Shown: in pieces, positions 24,469 through 39,087 of the stretch | Layout: the number at the start of each line of letters is the position of its first letter | Position numbering within the stretch: position 1 is the stretch's first letter | Assembly: GCA_044892525.1 (NCBI GenBank) | Contig: CM097887.1 | Coordinates: 56,110,001-56,174,000 of the forward strand | Direction: 5' to 3' | DNA: 64,000 nucleotides | From: Schmidtea polychroa | Taxonomy: Eukaryota | Position numbers and translations under genes: made by a program | Notes under the pieces: generated by a model | What the model saw: the letters and a program-made list of their open reading frames with translations, nothing else | Databases searched by the model: none | What the model was told of the DNA's origin: nothing

Positions 24469-25384
24469 CCCTCTTTATACAGAAAAAATATATAGAAAAA
24501 AAATCATGTCTGATATGTTGACATCAATAAGCATAAAGAAATTATTAAAGCAACTAAAAATAACGGAAAAAACAAAATTATTTTGTCAAGTTTATTAGCT
24601 AGACAAAATAGTTGTCCAAGTTATAGTAAAATGATAATAATTTCAAAGGGAAACCATTCCAAAGTCGAAATATGTTTGCAGCCAAAAAATTAAATCAAAA
24701 CCCTTAATTTTGGATGGAATTGGGCATATTGTGTAGATGGAAATTATTTAAATTATGAAAGGAAAATAGAGCGTTGGAAGCAATAGCGTAGCTTGAGTTT
24801 GTGCCTCCTGGGCCGATCCTTAAATTTGCCATCCGCATAAAATGATCTAATACAAAATTGGACCCTCCTAAAAATATAGAGCTAAAATGCATGTCTTCAA
24901 TTTATCAACAAACTTTCCCTGATAAGTGGCTCTCTTTTTTGTAAGAGTTAAAAATGGTTTGAACAATGTAAGAAAAATTAATTCTTTCACTATTAAAAGT
25001 TAGCATGTGCGCAAAATATCAGTGAAAATATCAAATCTTACAAATTATGTTTTTTTACATGGAAAAATGAATCGGCCTTTTCTTATTATACTGACAATTG
25101 GGGAAAGCAATTCAACGATTTGATCTAAACAGTTTAGGTTAATTGGAATGATAGTATAAAAAATTTAATTTTAAATTTTAATCTTTTTAAAAATTTGCCC
25201 CTCCCCTATAAAAATCCTAATAATTAAATTCAACCTTTCTTATCCCATTGGTATTTTATTTCACTAAAATGGGATAAAATATCTATATGTGGGATATTCA
25301 TTGGTACTTTCAACTAAATTTAGAGGCGTTTCAATGAATTCTTCTAAATGAAAGTGAATCACAAAGGGAATATAGGACATTGAA

Positions 25385-25590
25385 TTTATTAAAAAGATAG
25401 CTTGATAACTATAAATCAGTAATATATCGATGTTTTTTGATACTCACGAACTTGAAAAAGGCAGTGCCGAAAATTTGTGAGTATCAAAAAACATCGATAT
25501 ATTACTCATTTATAGTCTTCAAGCTCTCTTTTTAATAAATTCAATGGAAAAAATAATCAGTGGTGAAATTGGAAAGAAAAGTTCTTATTA
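25385..25590 (+). mobile_element. Foldback hairpin-plus-tail element, internally deleted copy B
   Basis: Near-identical to 29824-30070 but lacking part of the left arm; same tail AATGGAAAAAATAATCAGTGGTGAAATTGGAA..AAGTTCTTA. Confidence 0.7.
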
Positions 25591-26527
25591 GAATATAGAA
25601 TAGTTTTTATTCACCTTTAACTAAACTGTGATGAAAAGATTGAAGATTGGTGTAGAAAACAATCATTTTTAATAAAAATTTTAAAATTAATTTTTAATTT
25701 TTAAAAATATTATATACATGAAAAACAAAATTGGTTATTTGAAAAAGGAAAAGTTCATATTTTTAATGAATTTTACAAATATTTTACAATGTTAAATTTT
25801 CTAAATGATTATTAATGCATCCAAATGACTACATCGCACATTTGTAACAGTCACACAATATTACCGTAAAAAGAAGCTGAAAATGATGGCATAATTTTCG
25901 ACATAAATTGCTAATAAATTTAAAATTCATGAGAAAATGATCTCGTTTTTAGTCAGCAACTTTAATATTAATCATGGAAATATTATTTTTATCAGTAAAA
26001 TATTAAAGTTGAACTGAAATTTTTTGTAACATTTATCATTAAAACTAACTTAAATGTTTTGTATTTAAAAGATAACAAGACAATTAAGATAAAAAATGAA
26101 GTCTATTCATTGTTTGTTTAGGATGTTTTTAATTTCTTTTATATTAATTTTTTTTCCTACAATAGGTCAGTGGTGCCAAACCTACAACCTACTGACTATA
26201 TGTGACCCTCCATGTCTTTCAAAGCAGTCTTCGACTAATTACATGAAATTTTATAATTTTCAGTTTTTTACTTCTTTAATTTAATTATTCAAAATATTCA
26301 ACACAAAAGAATATAATAAATTTGACAAAAATATCCAAAATTCATTTTACTACAAAAAATAAAAATAGTTATTTTTTCGTTTGAATATTTAATAAAAGAA
26401 AAATGAGAAATCCTCTAATTCATTTTAGTGTTACATGTTATGAAATGAATAAAACAATATTGTTAGTGTCTGATTTAAATTACGAAATCTATCCACCATA
26501 ATTAAAAAGGTTTGATTGTTAGTAGTA

Positions 26528-27189
26528 CAGGTAATCCACGTTCACCGCGACCCCGGCGAGTGCGAATTCATTAAAACGGACCGACATTTAAATAAAACAG
26601 TGCAATAATTCGTCATAATGAGTGACACATAATGTTCTTGCTCCATTACATGTATATAAATGTACATAGTAAGTCATGAGAGTGAGTGATACAAAATAAT
26701 GGACTGTCATACACCCCTAGAAAATGACGTATCCGAACCTATTCCAGTCAAAAAAGTATCGGAAAGGGCCTTTCTCTTCACAATCAATGCATAGAGTTGT
26801 TAGAAGAGAACGATGAATATTACGAGCGAGTAAATACTCTTAAACGTGGCTGTAATGCATTGCTTGACGGTTATCCGCAAATTTTGCGCAATAAACGTAG
26901 AGAAGCCAAACAAGGGAATCTAGATTCCTTTATACAACGTCGAGAAAATGAATAAATTATTAATCTATCCATTGTATCTTTTTTTTAATTCTTAATGTTA
27001 TTTTCAATGTTTATTTAATTTTTTATTCTTAATGTTATTTGCTTTATTATTATTCTAATGTTTATTTAATAAATATAAAGTTTTCGGGTCTTTAAATGTT
27101 TTTTTTCAAAAACCTCCCGTTGATCGCGATATTTTGCTTAACGTGATCAATTCCAGAACGTATCCCCAACGTTAAACGGGAGTTACCTG
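26528..27189 (+). mobile_element. Non-autonomous pogo/Tigger deletion derivative (662 bp)
   Basis: TA-flanked TIRs CAGGTAATCCACGTTCACCG / CGTTAAACGGGAGTTACCTG. The internal frame ELLEENDEYYERVNTLKRGCNALLDGYPQILRNKRREAKQGNLDSFIQ resembles a Tigger transposase C-terminus. Confidence 0.75.
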
Positions 27190-27419
27190 TATATTAAATT
27201 TATCAAATCAGGTTATCAAATTTTTTCAATTATTGAATTATTTTATCATATGTATGACAAATTAGGCTAATTTATAATTTTATTTTGAAAAATTTTAATT
27301 AATTCTATTTTGACCTTAAATAGCAAAAATAAATAGAAAACAAGAAATTTGGAACGTGAAAAGAAAACTTTATATTAACTTTATATTGGATTATCCAATT
27401 TGGATATCTAAAGACAATT

Positions 27420-27610
27420 ACCTAAATTATATTCAATTTTATAAAAGATTACCGCAATGTTAATATTCCAGTTATAAAAATTTATCATGAAAATGATTAA
27501 TTATTTTGGAGGTTCTTACATTTGTGAGTTTACGTTTCCCAAAATGAGTTATAGTAAAAGCATTGAAATACTCTTAATGATGACCAAGATATATTGAGAA
27601 TAACTTTAAC
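27420..27610 (+). mobile_element. hAT (Buster/Charlie/SPIN-type) transposase C-terminal remnant
   Basis: FYKRLPQ..PVIKNLS*KMINYFGGSYICEFTFPKMSYSKS matches the FGSTYxCEQxFSxMKxxKS motif. Confidence 0.6.
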
Positions 27611-27991
27611 AGGTATACAGCCGGGTTACCAACCAATATGTGCGGGACATCTAATACAAGGTTTACGTTAATTAAACAATTTTCAAATTGAATCTGTTAT
27701 ATACAGACTATTAGTACATCATACTCACGTGCCATTTTTTGTGATTATATAGAAAGTACACTAAAACAATTAATTTAAAATTGTGTTCTCATTCGTAATT
27801 TTGATGTGTGTGGATAGAACAGGATGTATTATCCACTTGTCTCGTGGTTCTGACAGTATGCTACTAAAAAGTATGTGTACATCTATTCATCGATTTACAA
27901 ATTTGTCTGCTTATTGCAAAATTAATATGAAAATGGTGCACTAATTTTAACTTAACATATCAAATTTTATTTTAACATTAACATGGTACTG

Positions 27992-28090
27992 ATTTCCAAG
28001 AAAATTCACTTGAAAAAATCAGTGCCGAAAAATCGTGAATATCAAAAAACATCGATATATATTTATTGATTCATAGTCAAGCTTTTTAAT
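27992..28090 (+). repeat. Half copy C of the foldback element
   Basis: AATTCACTTGAAAAAATCAGTGCCGAAAAATCGTGAATATCAAAAAACATCGATATA...ATAGTCAAGC equals one arm. Confidence 0.6.
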
Positions 28091-29823
28091 ATATTATATT
28101 TCAGTTTTTTATTTATTTTTTAATCGAATTTATTTGTTAAACTTTTTTTTTATCTAAATTCCTGGATAAAATTTTATTGTGTATTAATTGTTTTTGATAT
28201 CTTCTATGATTATTTTCCAGATATAGTTGTTCATCTTGGTTCTTTCTTCAAATTGAAAATAAAGAGAACCCGACTACCAATAATTCCACTGGGAAATTAT
28301 TTATTTTTTTGAAACAGAGTAAAATTCGGGAAGTATTAGAAGTTTTTCCTAAAAATGGATTAGTCAGAACAATTTTTGTCAATAAAATTAATTTATTTTA
28401 TCGACAAAGCTGAGATATAAAATAAATTAAAATTCTTTATCGAAAATTTGGTTTAATACTGAATATAATATAAAATTCATATAAATATCTGTTAATTTGA
28501 TATTTTTTTCAATTTTTTTTCCACATGGGGATTTGTTAAAGGTTTTACAGTATAATATTTTATATTTTTTCGATTGAGGTTAAAAAAACAATAAATTAGT
28601 ATGAAGTGATATGATAAAAGTAGGTAGATGTGAATTGCTTGACTCCTTGGAGAATAGATATTTTTGTGTCCACGGTTGTGCTTATAAAGACGGTTCTTCT
28701 ATCTGTCCTTATAGAACCGAAGAGTTCAAATTTACCTTATGATAAAACAAAAACCGCCGAAAATTATTTTTAAATAAATAATTTTATTATGAGTTTAAAT
28801 TAAAAACGATAACAAATTTTATATGATTTTTATCAAAACAGAAAACTGAAAAATTGGCAGTTTGAACTGATTTATTCATTTTTATTTGTTTGACAAAATT
28901 ATTCTCACATTTATTGTTTTTTGATTTTTTATTTTTACTTACCATTAAACTCATTTCAAGACTGTTAAAAAAATCATTCAACCGTTACCATTCAAACCGC
29001 AAATTATTATATATTTCATAATGCAGGAAAATATTTTTAAATAAGTATTTATTTTTATCCTAGAAAGTATATTTAAAAGAGTTAAAGAATTAATCATATC
29101 TTTATGGGAAAACAATTTGGAAATGTTAACACTTGAGTAGAAACAATTGTGAATCCTATTTGATATTCAATTTTCACATTCTTTAATGCAAAGGTGGTCA
29201 AGTTGTGGATTTTTGTGACTTTATGGTGGTGCAATCGTTTTTATACATAGATGTACTGAGTGTACAGTGCGGCAATATATAAATACGACCCGCGCGATTA
29301 TAATACATTTTCAAAGTGGTTCACAAGGTCATTTGCGTTGGCCAGGCCTATTTCGATGAAACAGTTTTGACTCTAACAATTATTTGTCATGGATCGTTAA
29401 AATGTTTCGTTAAAATGGATCATGTAATGTTTTTACTATTTATCAACCCATAACTCCTTTCCTGTGTGAAACGTAAAATCACGTTTTAGCTTGATTTTCA
29501 CAAAATGTATTTGGAAATTATACCAACATATCAATTTAACCTGACATGTGGCTCAAAAAATAAAAAGAGTAAAGCATATCATAGTTTTCCACATACTTTT
29601 ACAATAATCCATAAATTTCCATGGCATTTCATTAAAAATACATCCAGTAAGGATTAGATTTAAAAAAATCCCAGATAATGGAATAAGTGCTCCTACTGTG
29701 TCAAATGCATTGTAAATTTATCTACACAAATATTTAAAGAAAACAAATATGTTGCTTTTAAAGTGTTTTATAAAAAGAATTTATAAAATATTTTTAAACT
29801 TAAGAATAAAGATAACATTAAGT

Positions 29824-30070
29824 ATTTATTAATAAAAGAGTTTGAAGACTATAAATCAGTAATATATCGATGTTTGTTGATACTCACGAATTTTCGGCAC
29901 TGCCTTTTCAAGTGAATTTGAAAAAAAATTTGAAAAAAGGCAGTGCTGAAAATTCGTGAGTATCATCAAACATCGATATATTACTGATTTATAGTCTTCA
30001 AGCTCTCTTTTTAATAAATTCAATGGAAAAAATAATCAGTGGTGAAATTGGAAGAAATAAAAGTTCTTAT
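29824..30070 (+). mobile_element. Foldback hairpin-plus-tail element, best-preserved copy D
   Basis: 67-bp inverted arms at 29842-29908 and 29935-30001 (65/67 complementary) around a 26-nt loop, followed by a ~55-nt one-sided tail. Confidence 0.8.
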
Positions 30071-30938
30071 ATAAGTTCTTAAGTATATTGATATCTATTA
30101 AAACCATAATAAAGAATAGGCGTAAAAAGACAAGCAAATAAATCTTTTTCAGGTTTTGCGTGTTACATGTTTTTATTAATTCAAATAAAATTGATAAAAA
30201 TCCGTTATGAAATCTAGGAAATTAAAACGTGCAACACATAACGAATTCTGGCTTTGAAAGTGATAGCAATAAATGTTAATAAATTCTTTTAATAAATTTG
30301 GTAAATTTTTATTTAAAAAATATTTTCATATACTTTTCATTGAGGCTTTTATTTATTTTCAGACGATAAAAATTAAAAACGTCTTTCCAAGCATTGCCTT
30401 CCTGAGATAGAGTATGGAAAGGGGAATTGTTTTTTGAAATAAATTTCTATAATCCAATAAAACTACAAATAATAATTAAAATAAATAAAAAAAAAGTTAA
30501 AAATTACCTGATTTAGCAATGAAAAAATGTCAAACGACAAAATTGTTTTTGAAACGATAGGAAAGGAAATAATTATTATATTACTATACCGATTCTTTTG
30601 ATAATCTTTTACTTTCATATTTGAAATTTTCTACACGCGTTTTAAATATTAGAACTGCTTTTTATGGGAATTTTATTTGATTTTTGCACTAAATTAGCCA
30701 ATGAAATCTCAAACATTTATCGAATTATATTGAAATAATTAATTGAATTTTATTATTTGGTACTTTTTATATTGTGCTTTACAATTTATTATAAAATTTC
30801 AGCAACTCATGTACTGTTTAAATTATGAAATTAAAGGATTTTATAACAAATAATTTGTGCATTATTGCACAAAATTAATGTTTTTGGTTTTAATTTTATG
30901 AACAAATATTTCTTTATGAACAAATATTTAAATTACTG

Positions 30939-31415
30939 CAGGGGCGAGGGGTAAATGGGTCTACGATGCCTTGAGCGCCACTCACATATATTTTTTTTTT
31001 GTTAAACGAAAAGTATAGAAAATGCAACGGAAACACATTGTATTTCCAGAGGTTTTGGAGTTCAAAGATGTTCTTATTTAAAATTCACTAATAATCTTCA
31101 AATAATATCGAAATAATTATTCATGGATTCCGCATATTTCAGAACGAATCCAGTCGAAATGCAGTAAAATTTAAAGTCTAACCCGAGCTTGTGTCATTGT
31201 TAATCCTGAAAAACGGTATAGTATTTTGTATAAGTGTAGTTATATAGTGACTATTCATAATATATTATTCATAATATATTAATATAGTATTTTAATGTAT
31301 GTACTGCATTCTATTATTATTTGTATTATATTCTTATTACGAGTTTATTCTATATATTATATTACTTGATGGGTTTTTTTTGGAGGGGGCGTCAGTTATA
31401 CTCACTACGCTACTG
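30939..31415. mobile_element. hAT-type MITE, copy 2 (477 bp)
   Basis: Ends CAGGGGCG / ACTACGCTACTG; flanks AATTACTG / AATCACTA (6/8). Interior homologous to 23790-24468. Confidence 0.65.
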
Positions 31416-31506
31416 AATCACTATATAAAGTTATTAAAAAATCTGAATTCAGCAAATCTAACAATTATAATTATTGAATATTTAATTATTTGACTATTTA
31501 ATTTAA

Positions 31507-31721
31507 CCCTTTCAGACCTGAATAATTGTTAATGGAGAAAAAAAAAACTTTTTTTTAGCAATTATTGGCCAAAATGGTAAACTTAAAACACATGTGTGAT
31601 AAAAATAATATATTTATGAAGTAAAATATATTAAAAAAAAGATGAAGAAAAATATATTAAATAAGGAATCTATAAGGTTTTAAATGTTATGTGCATTATT
31701 CTGCACACGGGTCTGAAGGGG
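31507..31721. mobile_element. piggyBac-type MITE (215 bp)
   Basis: TTAA on both sides; TIRs CCCTTTCAGACC / GGTCTGAAGGGG (11/12). Confidence 0.8.
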
Positions 31722-32522
31722 TTAAAATTGTAATTTAAAGTTATTTCAGTCATCATATTAAAAAGTCATATTGTATGAGTTATTGCTATATAAAGGAAAT
31801 ACATTTCGGTTCATGGAATTAGGATAATTCGAGTTATACTTTTTATTTTGTAATTATATGATATTTTCATCATTAGTTAATACATTTGTTCGTTTATTAA
31901 ATTATTTAAGCAAGAAATAAATTGTAATTTAATTTTACGTGTCCTTTTTATTTCCGGTTTCATTTCCAATACAATAATCACAAAGATTTAATCTTTCAAC
32001 AATAATAGTTTGTAACAATATTAGATGTTCCAAAGGAAGGTCCCTTAAGCTATTCTATTATGAATAACATTAAAACTAATTGCTAAAGCAAATGGTTTAA
32101 CCTTTTCAAGAAATGTTGATACAATTTGTCTTCGACCGGGAATGACAAATTAGGCCAAACTGACATAAATCATTCCCATTCCAAGCTATATCGCTATTTT
32201 TCTAAATATTTTTCTAAAATAAATAAAATAAAATGATTTGGCAGTCACTTGGCCGATATTGTGTCTATCAAGTTCGGGGATTTTGTTTACCCTTTGAGGT
32301 TTTTAATGACACCAACAAGATTAATTAATGTTTATTAATCTGCATTTTCTATAAAATTCTCCCCATGAAATATTGATTTTAAAATTTTTAATTAAATTTG
32401 CACCTAAACTGAATTTTTTAACTTTACAGAATTTTAAATGATTTGCATTCGACTTTTCGTGTCATTAAATATTAACTGCACTCATTTGCATTAACCCAAC
32501 CTCTATTCATTGATATATTTAA

Positions 32523-32721
32523 CCAGTTCCCGGACGATCACGAAAAACCGTGTTGTTTCGGGCATTCACACATATGCGTGTGACTCTCAATATTGAAAAT
32601 AATTAGTATTGTCATTCAAAAAAATTTAAAAAAAATTATGTTATTGATTATATAGCAAAAATTATTGACATAAAAAATAGTTTTTACCGACTATTGGGAA
32701 AAAAGTTTGTCCTAAAAGGGG
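32523..32721. mobile_element. Possible eroded piggyBac-type MITE
   Basis: TTAA-flanked; ends CCAGTTCCCGGAC / GTCCTAAAAGGGG are only partly complementary. Confidence 0.3.
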
Positions 32722-33435
32722 TTAATATACTTTTTAAATTTTCTTTTCTAATTAATCGAAAATTAAATGTCATTGATTTTTATGTCATTTCATTAATTTT
32801 CATTTTGACAAAAGATCAGAAATTTAATTCTACGCAACATTAATTTTCAGCTTTGCCTTTATCAAGTGTTATTTATTTAAATAACAATAAATAAAGACAA
32901 AGCCGAAAATGTGTGTTACGTAGAATTAAAATGTTGATGTTTTTTCAATATAAATAAAACATCAAAAAACAAAACAAATTTAGGGTGACCAAAATAAATT
33001 AATTTTTTTTAAATTTTTGGATGTGACATTTTAATACAATTTTGTTTGTAAATAATTGTATTTAATAAATTTACCGCTAAATAGATTTCAGAGTCGTTTC
33101 AGTTGTATATTGGTATTGAAAATATTTGTGACATTAGCTTGCATTAATATATTTTTTGCAAAAGGACAAATATATGAACTTTTAACGTTATATATCATTT
33201 GAAAATAATAATGTCGAATTGATTATTTAATTATTATTTCTAATTTTTATATTTTAAGTAATATATATTTGATTTTGAGTAAGACAAATTTGCGGGCAGT
33301 CACACTATTGGCAGCCAACCAGACCATAATTAGACTCCATTTGCAGATAAACATTTTGGGCATAAAAAAGAGGAAACTGTAAAAATATAAATAAAAACTC
33401 CATTTTTTATTAAAATAAGTATATATATATATATA

Positions 33436-33920
33436 CTCTAAAACTCGAATTAATCTTCCACCCGAAATAATTCACCACCGGAAAATATTGTTATTTGAAT
33501 AAATATTAAAAGTTCATATATTTTTTAAATTGCAGAACTATACAATGTATTGCTTTTGTTTTAATTTTATTAAAATGTAAATATCACTTTATGATAAATA
33601 AGAAATTTAAAAACAAGCAAAAGTTAAATGCAATTTCTAGTTATCGACTTAATGGAAATATCTCAGAAGTAACTACAAGATTTAGTATTGATAGACACAC
33701 GCTGAGAGAATGGATCACTCAAGAAAGTGAAAATTAGCAATCAAATTTCCACGTATGATGTTTGAGAGTCCAATTTTTCTGAAATAGAGAATGAAAAAAA
33801 ATTTACTTAAATTCATTTAATTTTTTATAATACCTCAAATAAATCCCCATCCCCTGGATTTTTAGAAAAATCTTTTACAAAACTTTAACCCGCTATTGGG
33901 GATTAATTCGAGTTTTAGAG
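33436..33920 (+). mobile_element. pogo-superfamily non-autonomous element in a (TA)n site (485 bp)
   Basis: Perfect 20-bp TIR CTCTAAAACTCGAATTAATC / GATTAATTCGAGTTTTAGAG with (TA)n flanks. Internal remnant KQKLNAISSYRLNGNISEVTTRFSIDRHTLREW resembles a pogo/Brinker-type HTH. Confidence 0.8.
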
Positions 33921-33921
33921 A

Positions 33922-33953
<32 letters not shown>

Positions 33954-34340
33954 TAAAATCTCTTATCATACTATTTAACAAACAGTATTCCCATCATTCC
34001 CATCTTAATCTATAAATAAATTAATCTATGGACTGAACGATTGTGCCTAAAATTGAAGTATCCCCTTTTTGTTCGAAAATGTGATTTCGGTAGATAAATG
34101 TTTACATTATCTTCGTCGGTAACCTGTTCACAAAAATTAGTCAGATGCAAAAGTGATAATTGTACCACTATGATTCTCGATAGTATTATCAGTTTCCAAA
34201 GACTGGGAAAGTTGATGACAAGTCAGATCCCTGTTTAAAAACATTTATTTGCTTACTGTTCTTTAAAAACATTAAAAGAACATTAATTTGATATCAATTA
34301 AATTTAATATATTTTTATAAGTTTAAGATTTATTCGTAAG

Positions 34341-34468
34341 NNNNNNNNNNNNNNNNNNNNNNNNNNNNNNNNNNNNNNNNNNNNNNNNNNNNNNNNNNNN
34401 NNNNNNNNNNNNNNNNNNNNNNNNNNNNNNNNNNNNNNNNNNNNNNNNNNNNNNNNNNNNNNNNNNNN
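34341..34468. other. Assembly gap
   Basis: N run. Confidence 1.
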
Positions 34469-37400
34469 AATACATTTATATTGTATAATTTTATATAAAT
34501 CATAAATGGATATGATTAGAATTTTATTATTTTAATATTTAGAAAAGTTTATTGTCCATCCAAGATACCAAAAATGAATGATTCTAATAACTCAAACAAT
34601 TACCAGGTTTTTTATTTTATTTTTAATAATGTATATTTTTTAATTAATAATTTCTTATTGTTTGAGTAAATTTATAAAATGACAAAAAACATAAAACAAA
34701 TATTTCGAATTTCCAACTGAGTCGAACAGTGAGTCGAAAAAATTAATTATAGAATTGACAAAAAATGAATAGTCAATCAGAAACTTCACATAAGCTCACC
34801 TACAAATATACACTATTTTGGTTTACATTAATAACATTTAAGAAATTCAGTCCCATTAGCCAAATAAACTCGAAACTACTCTACCATTAGAAATTGCATA
34901 TAATATTACAATACACTTTATTGTAATTAATTTCTGTTATGAGAAAGAGCTAAAAATAATGCAAAATTGATTATCATAAAATTATCATTACTATTGTCAA
35001 TTGTGTTAATTTATTAAATATTAAATTATTTATTTTGTCTTATTTGTTTAGAAAAAATAAATTTTGAAATTCGGTGTTTAAAATTAATTTTTATTGAAGT
35101 CAAATCTTAATAAAATTTAGCACTATTTTGTAATAAATTTATAATTTATTATTCATCAACCCTATGAAATTGGAGTTGAATTTTATTTTCCTGGGAAATT
35201 TATCTTCTTTTCGCAGACTTACACAAATGACACGCAATTTGATTTGCGATAATTATTTTTTTAAATATTTTAATAGTAATGATACAGTTCTGACCGTTTT
35301 TATTGCCACGAGGTGTTGCTCATGTCCAAGTGTCACGTTATAATTGTAATTTTGCAATAGTAATGTTCTGCAGTATGAAAGCTTTTTATTTTGAAAGTAA
35401 TAATTGAATAATAATTCATTCATGAAGAAGTTAAGTAGACTTCATAGACGTTGGTTGATGTTGTTATTATAATATTTCCATTCTGCAGCTGAAACATTGA
35501 AATATTCTTCATTGAAATCATTTGAAAATAAATTATATATGTAAACAAATTGTTTATAGTTTTATTTTGATTTTTTCCTTGAATACATTCTCTATATTTT
35601 AAATGGAAATTACACAATATTGTTGCGTCATTGTGTTATATAATCGATCTTTTGCACTTTATATTAAGTATTCGTATAATTTATGTAACAAGAAATTGAA
35701 GATATTTTCTAGTGGAAATTAAGAATTTTCTTTAAATAAATACATGAGCATTTGATTGCTGAAATCTTTGGAAAAGATAAACAAATTAAACAGAAATTTC
35801 AAAATTATTTGTAAACGAACAAACAAAATTAATATAAAATATCGCTCATTAAAACGCTTAATAGTGCGTTTAAAGCACTTATTTGTTTTACTGTTATATT
35901 TTAATGTTATTTACAAGACCAAGTCAATGTAGGCATAAATATTTATATGATTTATTTAATCTAATTTGTTGATTTTAGGCGAATCACTTTATTATTATTT
36001 GTCCATAAAATAATTACATTTGATAAAATGTCAGTAAAAATAAATGAAATTATAAAAATATGAAATATGAAATTACAGTGAAAAATAAAAATGATTAATA
36101 AAATTTGAGTTAACATATTCGAGATTTCACTGGAAATAGATTAAAGGGCGGATGTGGATAATAATTTGTGGGCCTTAGATATTGAAGCTAAAAAGTCTTT
36201 CATCTTGCACTGAAATAATAAAGTCAGAAGGACCAATTTTTAAAATTTGAAATAAGAAACATGTAAGTTTTAGTTTTTCACACAATTTTCATTAACATTG
36301 ATACACTAGTTTGAGTGGTCCACCATAGATTTTAACGTCATTTAAAGAAAATATTTATTTCCAAATTTTTCCTAGTTGCGTAGTTTTCGTAATAAGTCCG
36401 CGACATCTTTGATCAAATTAATTTCATATTCCGTGTTATTGGCGGGTTTTTGTGAAATTGGCCATCCTTTAGAATTCGCGAAGACACTTAAAATTCATTT
36501 TAGCATATTCTCTGCCAATGATACCCCTTTCTTATATTCTCTATTAGAGTTTGAAAGATTAATACTCAAATGTATCGCGTGTTCAGTGAGAATATTTTCC
36601 AAGTTATCCAACACGTGAGGACTATTTGTCAAAGGCTTTTTTGTTATACACTTATATGGACTTCTTCATATAGATCTCAAACTTATTTGAAATAATCCTT
36701 TCAAATAAAAACAGATCTTTCTAACCTTATTGTTTTTATAAGTTCAAGTACTTTTTAACCTCACAACTTACATGAGATTTTTCAGTATTTTTTTTTAATA
36801 TTTGTAAACGTTCTATTTAATTTTAAACTTTTATCAATAGAAATTTGTTGTCTTTAAGACAGTGACTTATTATTTGTACTTAGCATCACCAAGTTTGACT
36901 TTGAGGCTCTATCAAAAATGAAAAGTCTCGTCTATTTTGAATTTAAAACAACAAGATTTTTTATAATTTATTAAAATTTTTTACACATTATTTGTTTTTA
37001 CTTTTATAATGAAGCATAGGCAAGATAAGTTTATATTAAAAGAGAGGTATATGTTGACACTTGTCTGATTTATCCCATTAATACAGTAATTGAGAAATAA
37101 TATTTTTATAGAGTATATATTGTTTCCCACTCTGTGTATCGTGTGAATTTCGCAAGTGTGTCACGAAAAAAAATTCTTATTTCGTAATATTTAATAAGAA
37201 TTTTAAACAATTTTTTAAAAGCAAATTTATTCAATTGATATAATTTTTATTGCGAGTAGGATTGCGGTCTCTTTAATCTCGATCTAATTTGATTTGATTT
37301 GGAAAGCATGCACAACCGTTATATTAGAAGCTGCTAAAACATTTTCTAAATTATTTTTTTCAATCCGGTTCAAAAGTTAACGACATAATTCCAAGTATTT

Positions 37401-39087
37401 ATTTAATGAAATATTGTATAATTTCCAAACAAATTTTTCGCGTTGAATAAAATATTTTCAAAACCATTTATCAAAATATTTCAATATTTAAAACATATTT
37501 ATTTAAAATTTTTTCATTTTTTTAAAAAGCTATTTTAATTTTTAATTCAAAAATTTCAACTTAAAAAATCCAATTTAAAAATTATTTGAAAGTTATTTTA
37601 ATAGTCAATATATATATATATATATATATAAATAATAAAAACTTGATTTTCACCTCTAATTTCTTTTCATTTTCAATTGACATTGTCGCAAAAACTTTCA
37701 AACTTAATAGCCTTTTCGGCACAAAAATATTTAGTTATATAAATTAATAATTAAATAATAATTAATTTAATAATAACGTTTGTACATATTTTAGAGGAAT
37801 TCGTTAGCAAAAATATGTATTTCGTTTATATTTTTTAATATTTAAAATTACTATAGCGGCTTTACGGATTTTAGGCATTTGATTTATCAAGTATCAGGAT
37901 ATATTTTATTCCATGTTGCGTTTAAAATGCCTCAAAGTGCTTTTACCGATAATGGCTGTTCGGTGTCATTCTTGTATTCAATTCTTCCCTGAATATCTGT
38001 ATTGTGTTCATATTTAGATATGGTGCTAATCATGCCTTCCAACCAATATTTCCGTAAACGGTCTTTTATTAAAGACATGATAATTGAAACTTCATTATAA
38101 TAATTGTACAATCTACAAAATTTAGGCCCACCGACAGCAATTCTAGGCCCCTAAACAATTGTTAATCGTAAAACGCATAAAATAGCAGATGACGTTTTAT
38201 TTGACGTAGAGATCTGTGACCCGTGGATGTGTTCTATAGTACAAAAATGATACACATGGTTTCAGTTTCAGTAATCATGGTTAGCAAATATAACAGTTTT
38301 TAATTCCAGCATTAAAAAAACTCAAAACTTTATTTAGTTTATTTTTGAATATTGATACCGATGTTGACCTAACTACTTGTTGATGTTCGTTTAATTTATT
38401 TTGATGGAATTCAGATGCTTGAACTTTAAACTGATTGTAGTTAAATCAACTTTAGTGTGAGTAATATTATATTTAAATATATAACAAATGGAACCCGGGC
38501 CCCTGGGAATTTGCACCCCCTGCTCCCTTTCGGCGAGCCTGACAAAACGTAATTTGAATCTTCACAAATAGTTTGTATTAAACAATCGCATAATTCTGTA
38601 AAGTTAATTAAATAATGTTAAATCTTTTCATTTCTAAATTATCTGAATTCTCCTAAACATAATTTGGTGCATACTTCATCTTCAATATTTGTACATTATT
38701 TCCCAAATTTGATATTTTTTGATAAAACCCTTCCATAATTTCAAAATAGCCGAATATTTATTTTAATATTACTAACATTTTTAATTTTATGTTTATAACA
38801 TTTTCAATCTTCACATAAACAAAAGGGTAAGCGTCTTTTTGAACAAAAGTGAAATTTAAACCTAAAATGCATACCTGATACTTTTAATATTTTCATTATC
38901 TTGATGCTGACTAAATTATATCAATTCCAATACTTGAAAATGATTAATGTAAAATCGTTTTCAAGAGTATCTCATATGTAAGTAATATATTAAACTGAGA
39001 CATAAACATTATAAAATTGAGAAAATTATAGTAGTAAATCAACAAAATAGTTTCAATGTGGTTTATCTTTCACTTAAATTCTTCAGA

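Noticed and set aside
36370-36660. Mostly open frames on both strands (80-aa + ORF; ~90-codon - frame with one stop)
   Set aside because: No recognisable motif, splice sites or start context; probably decayed repeat.
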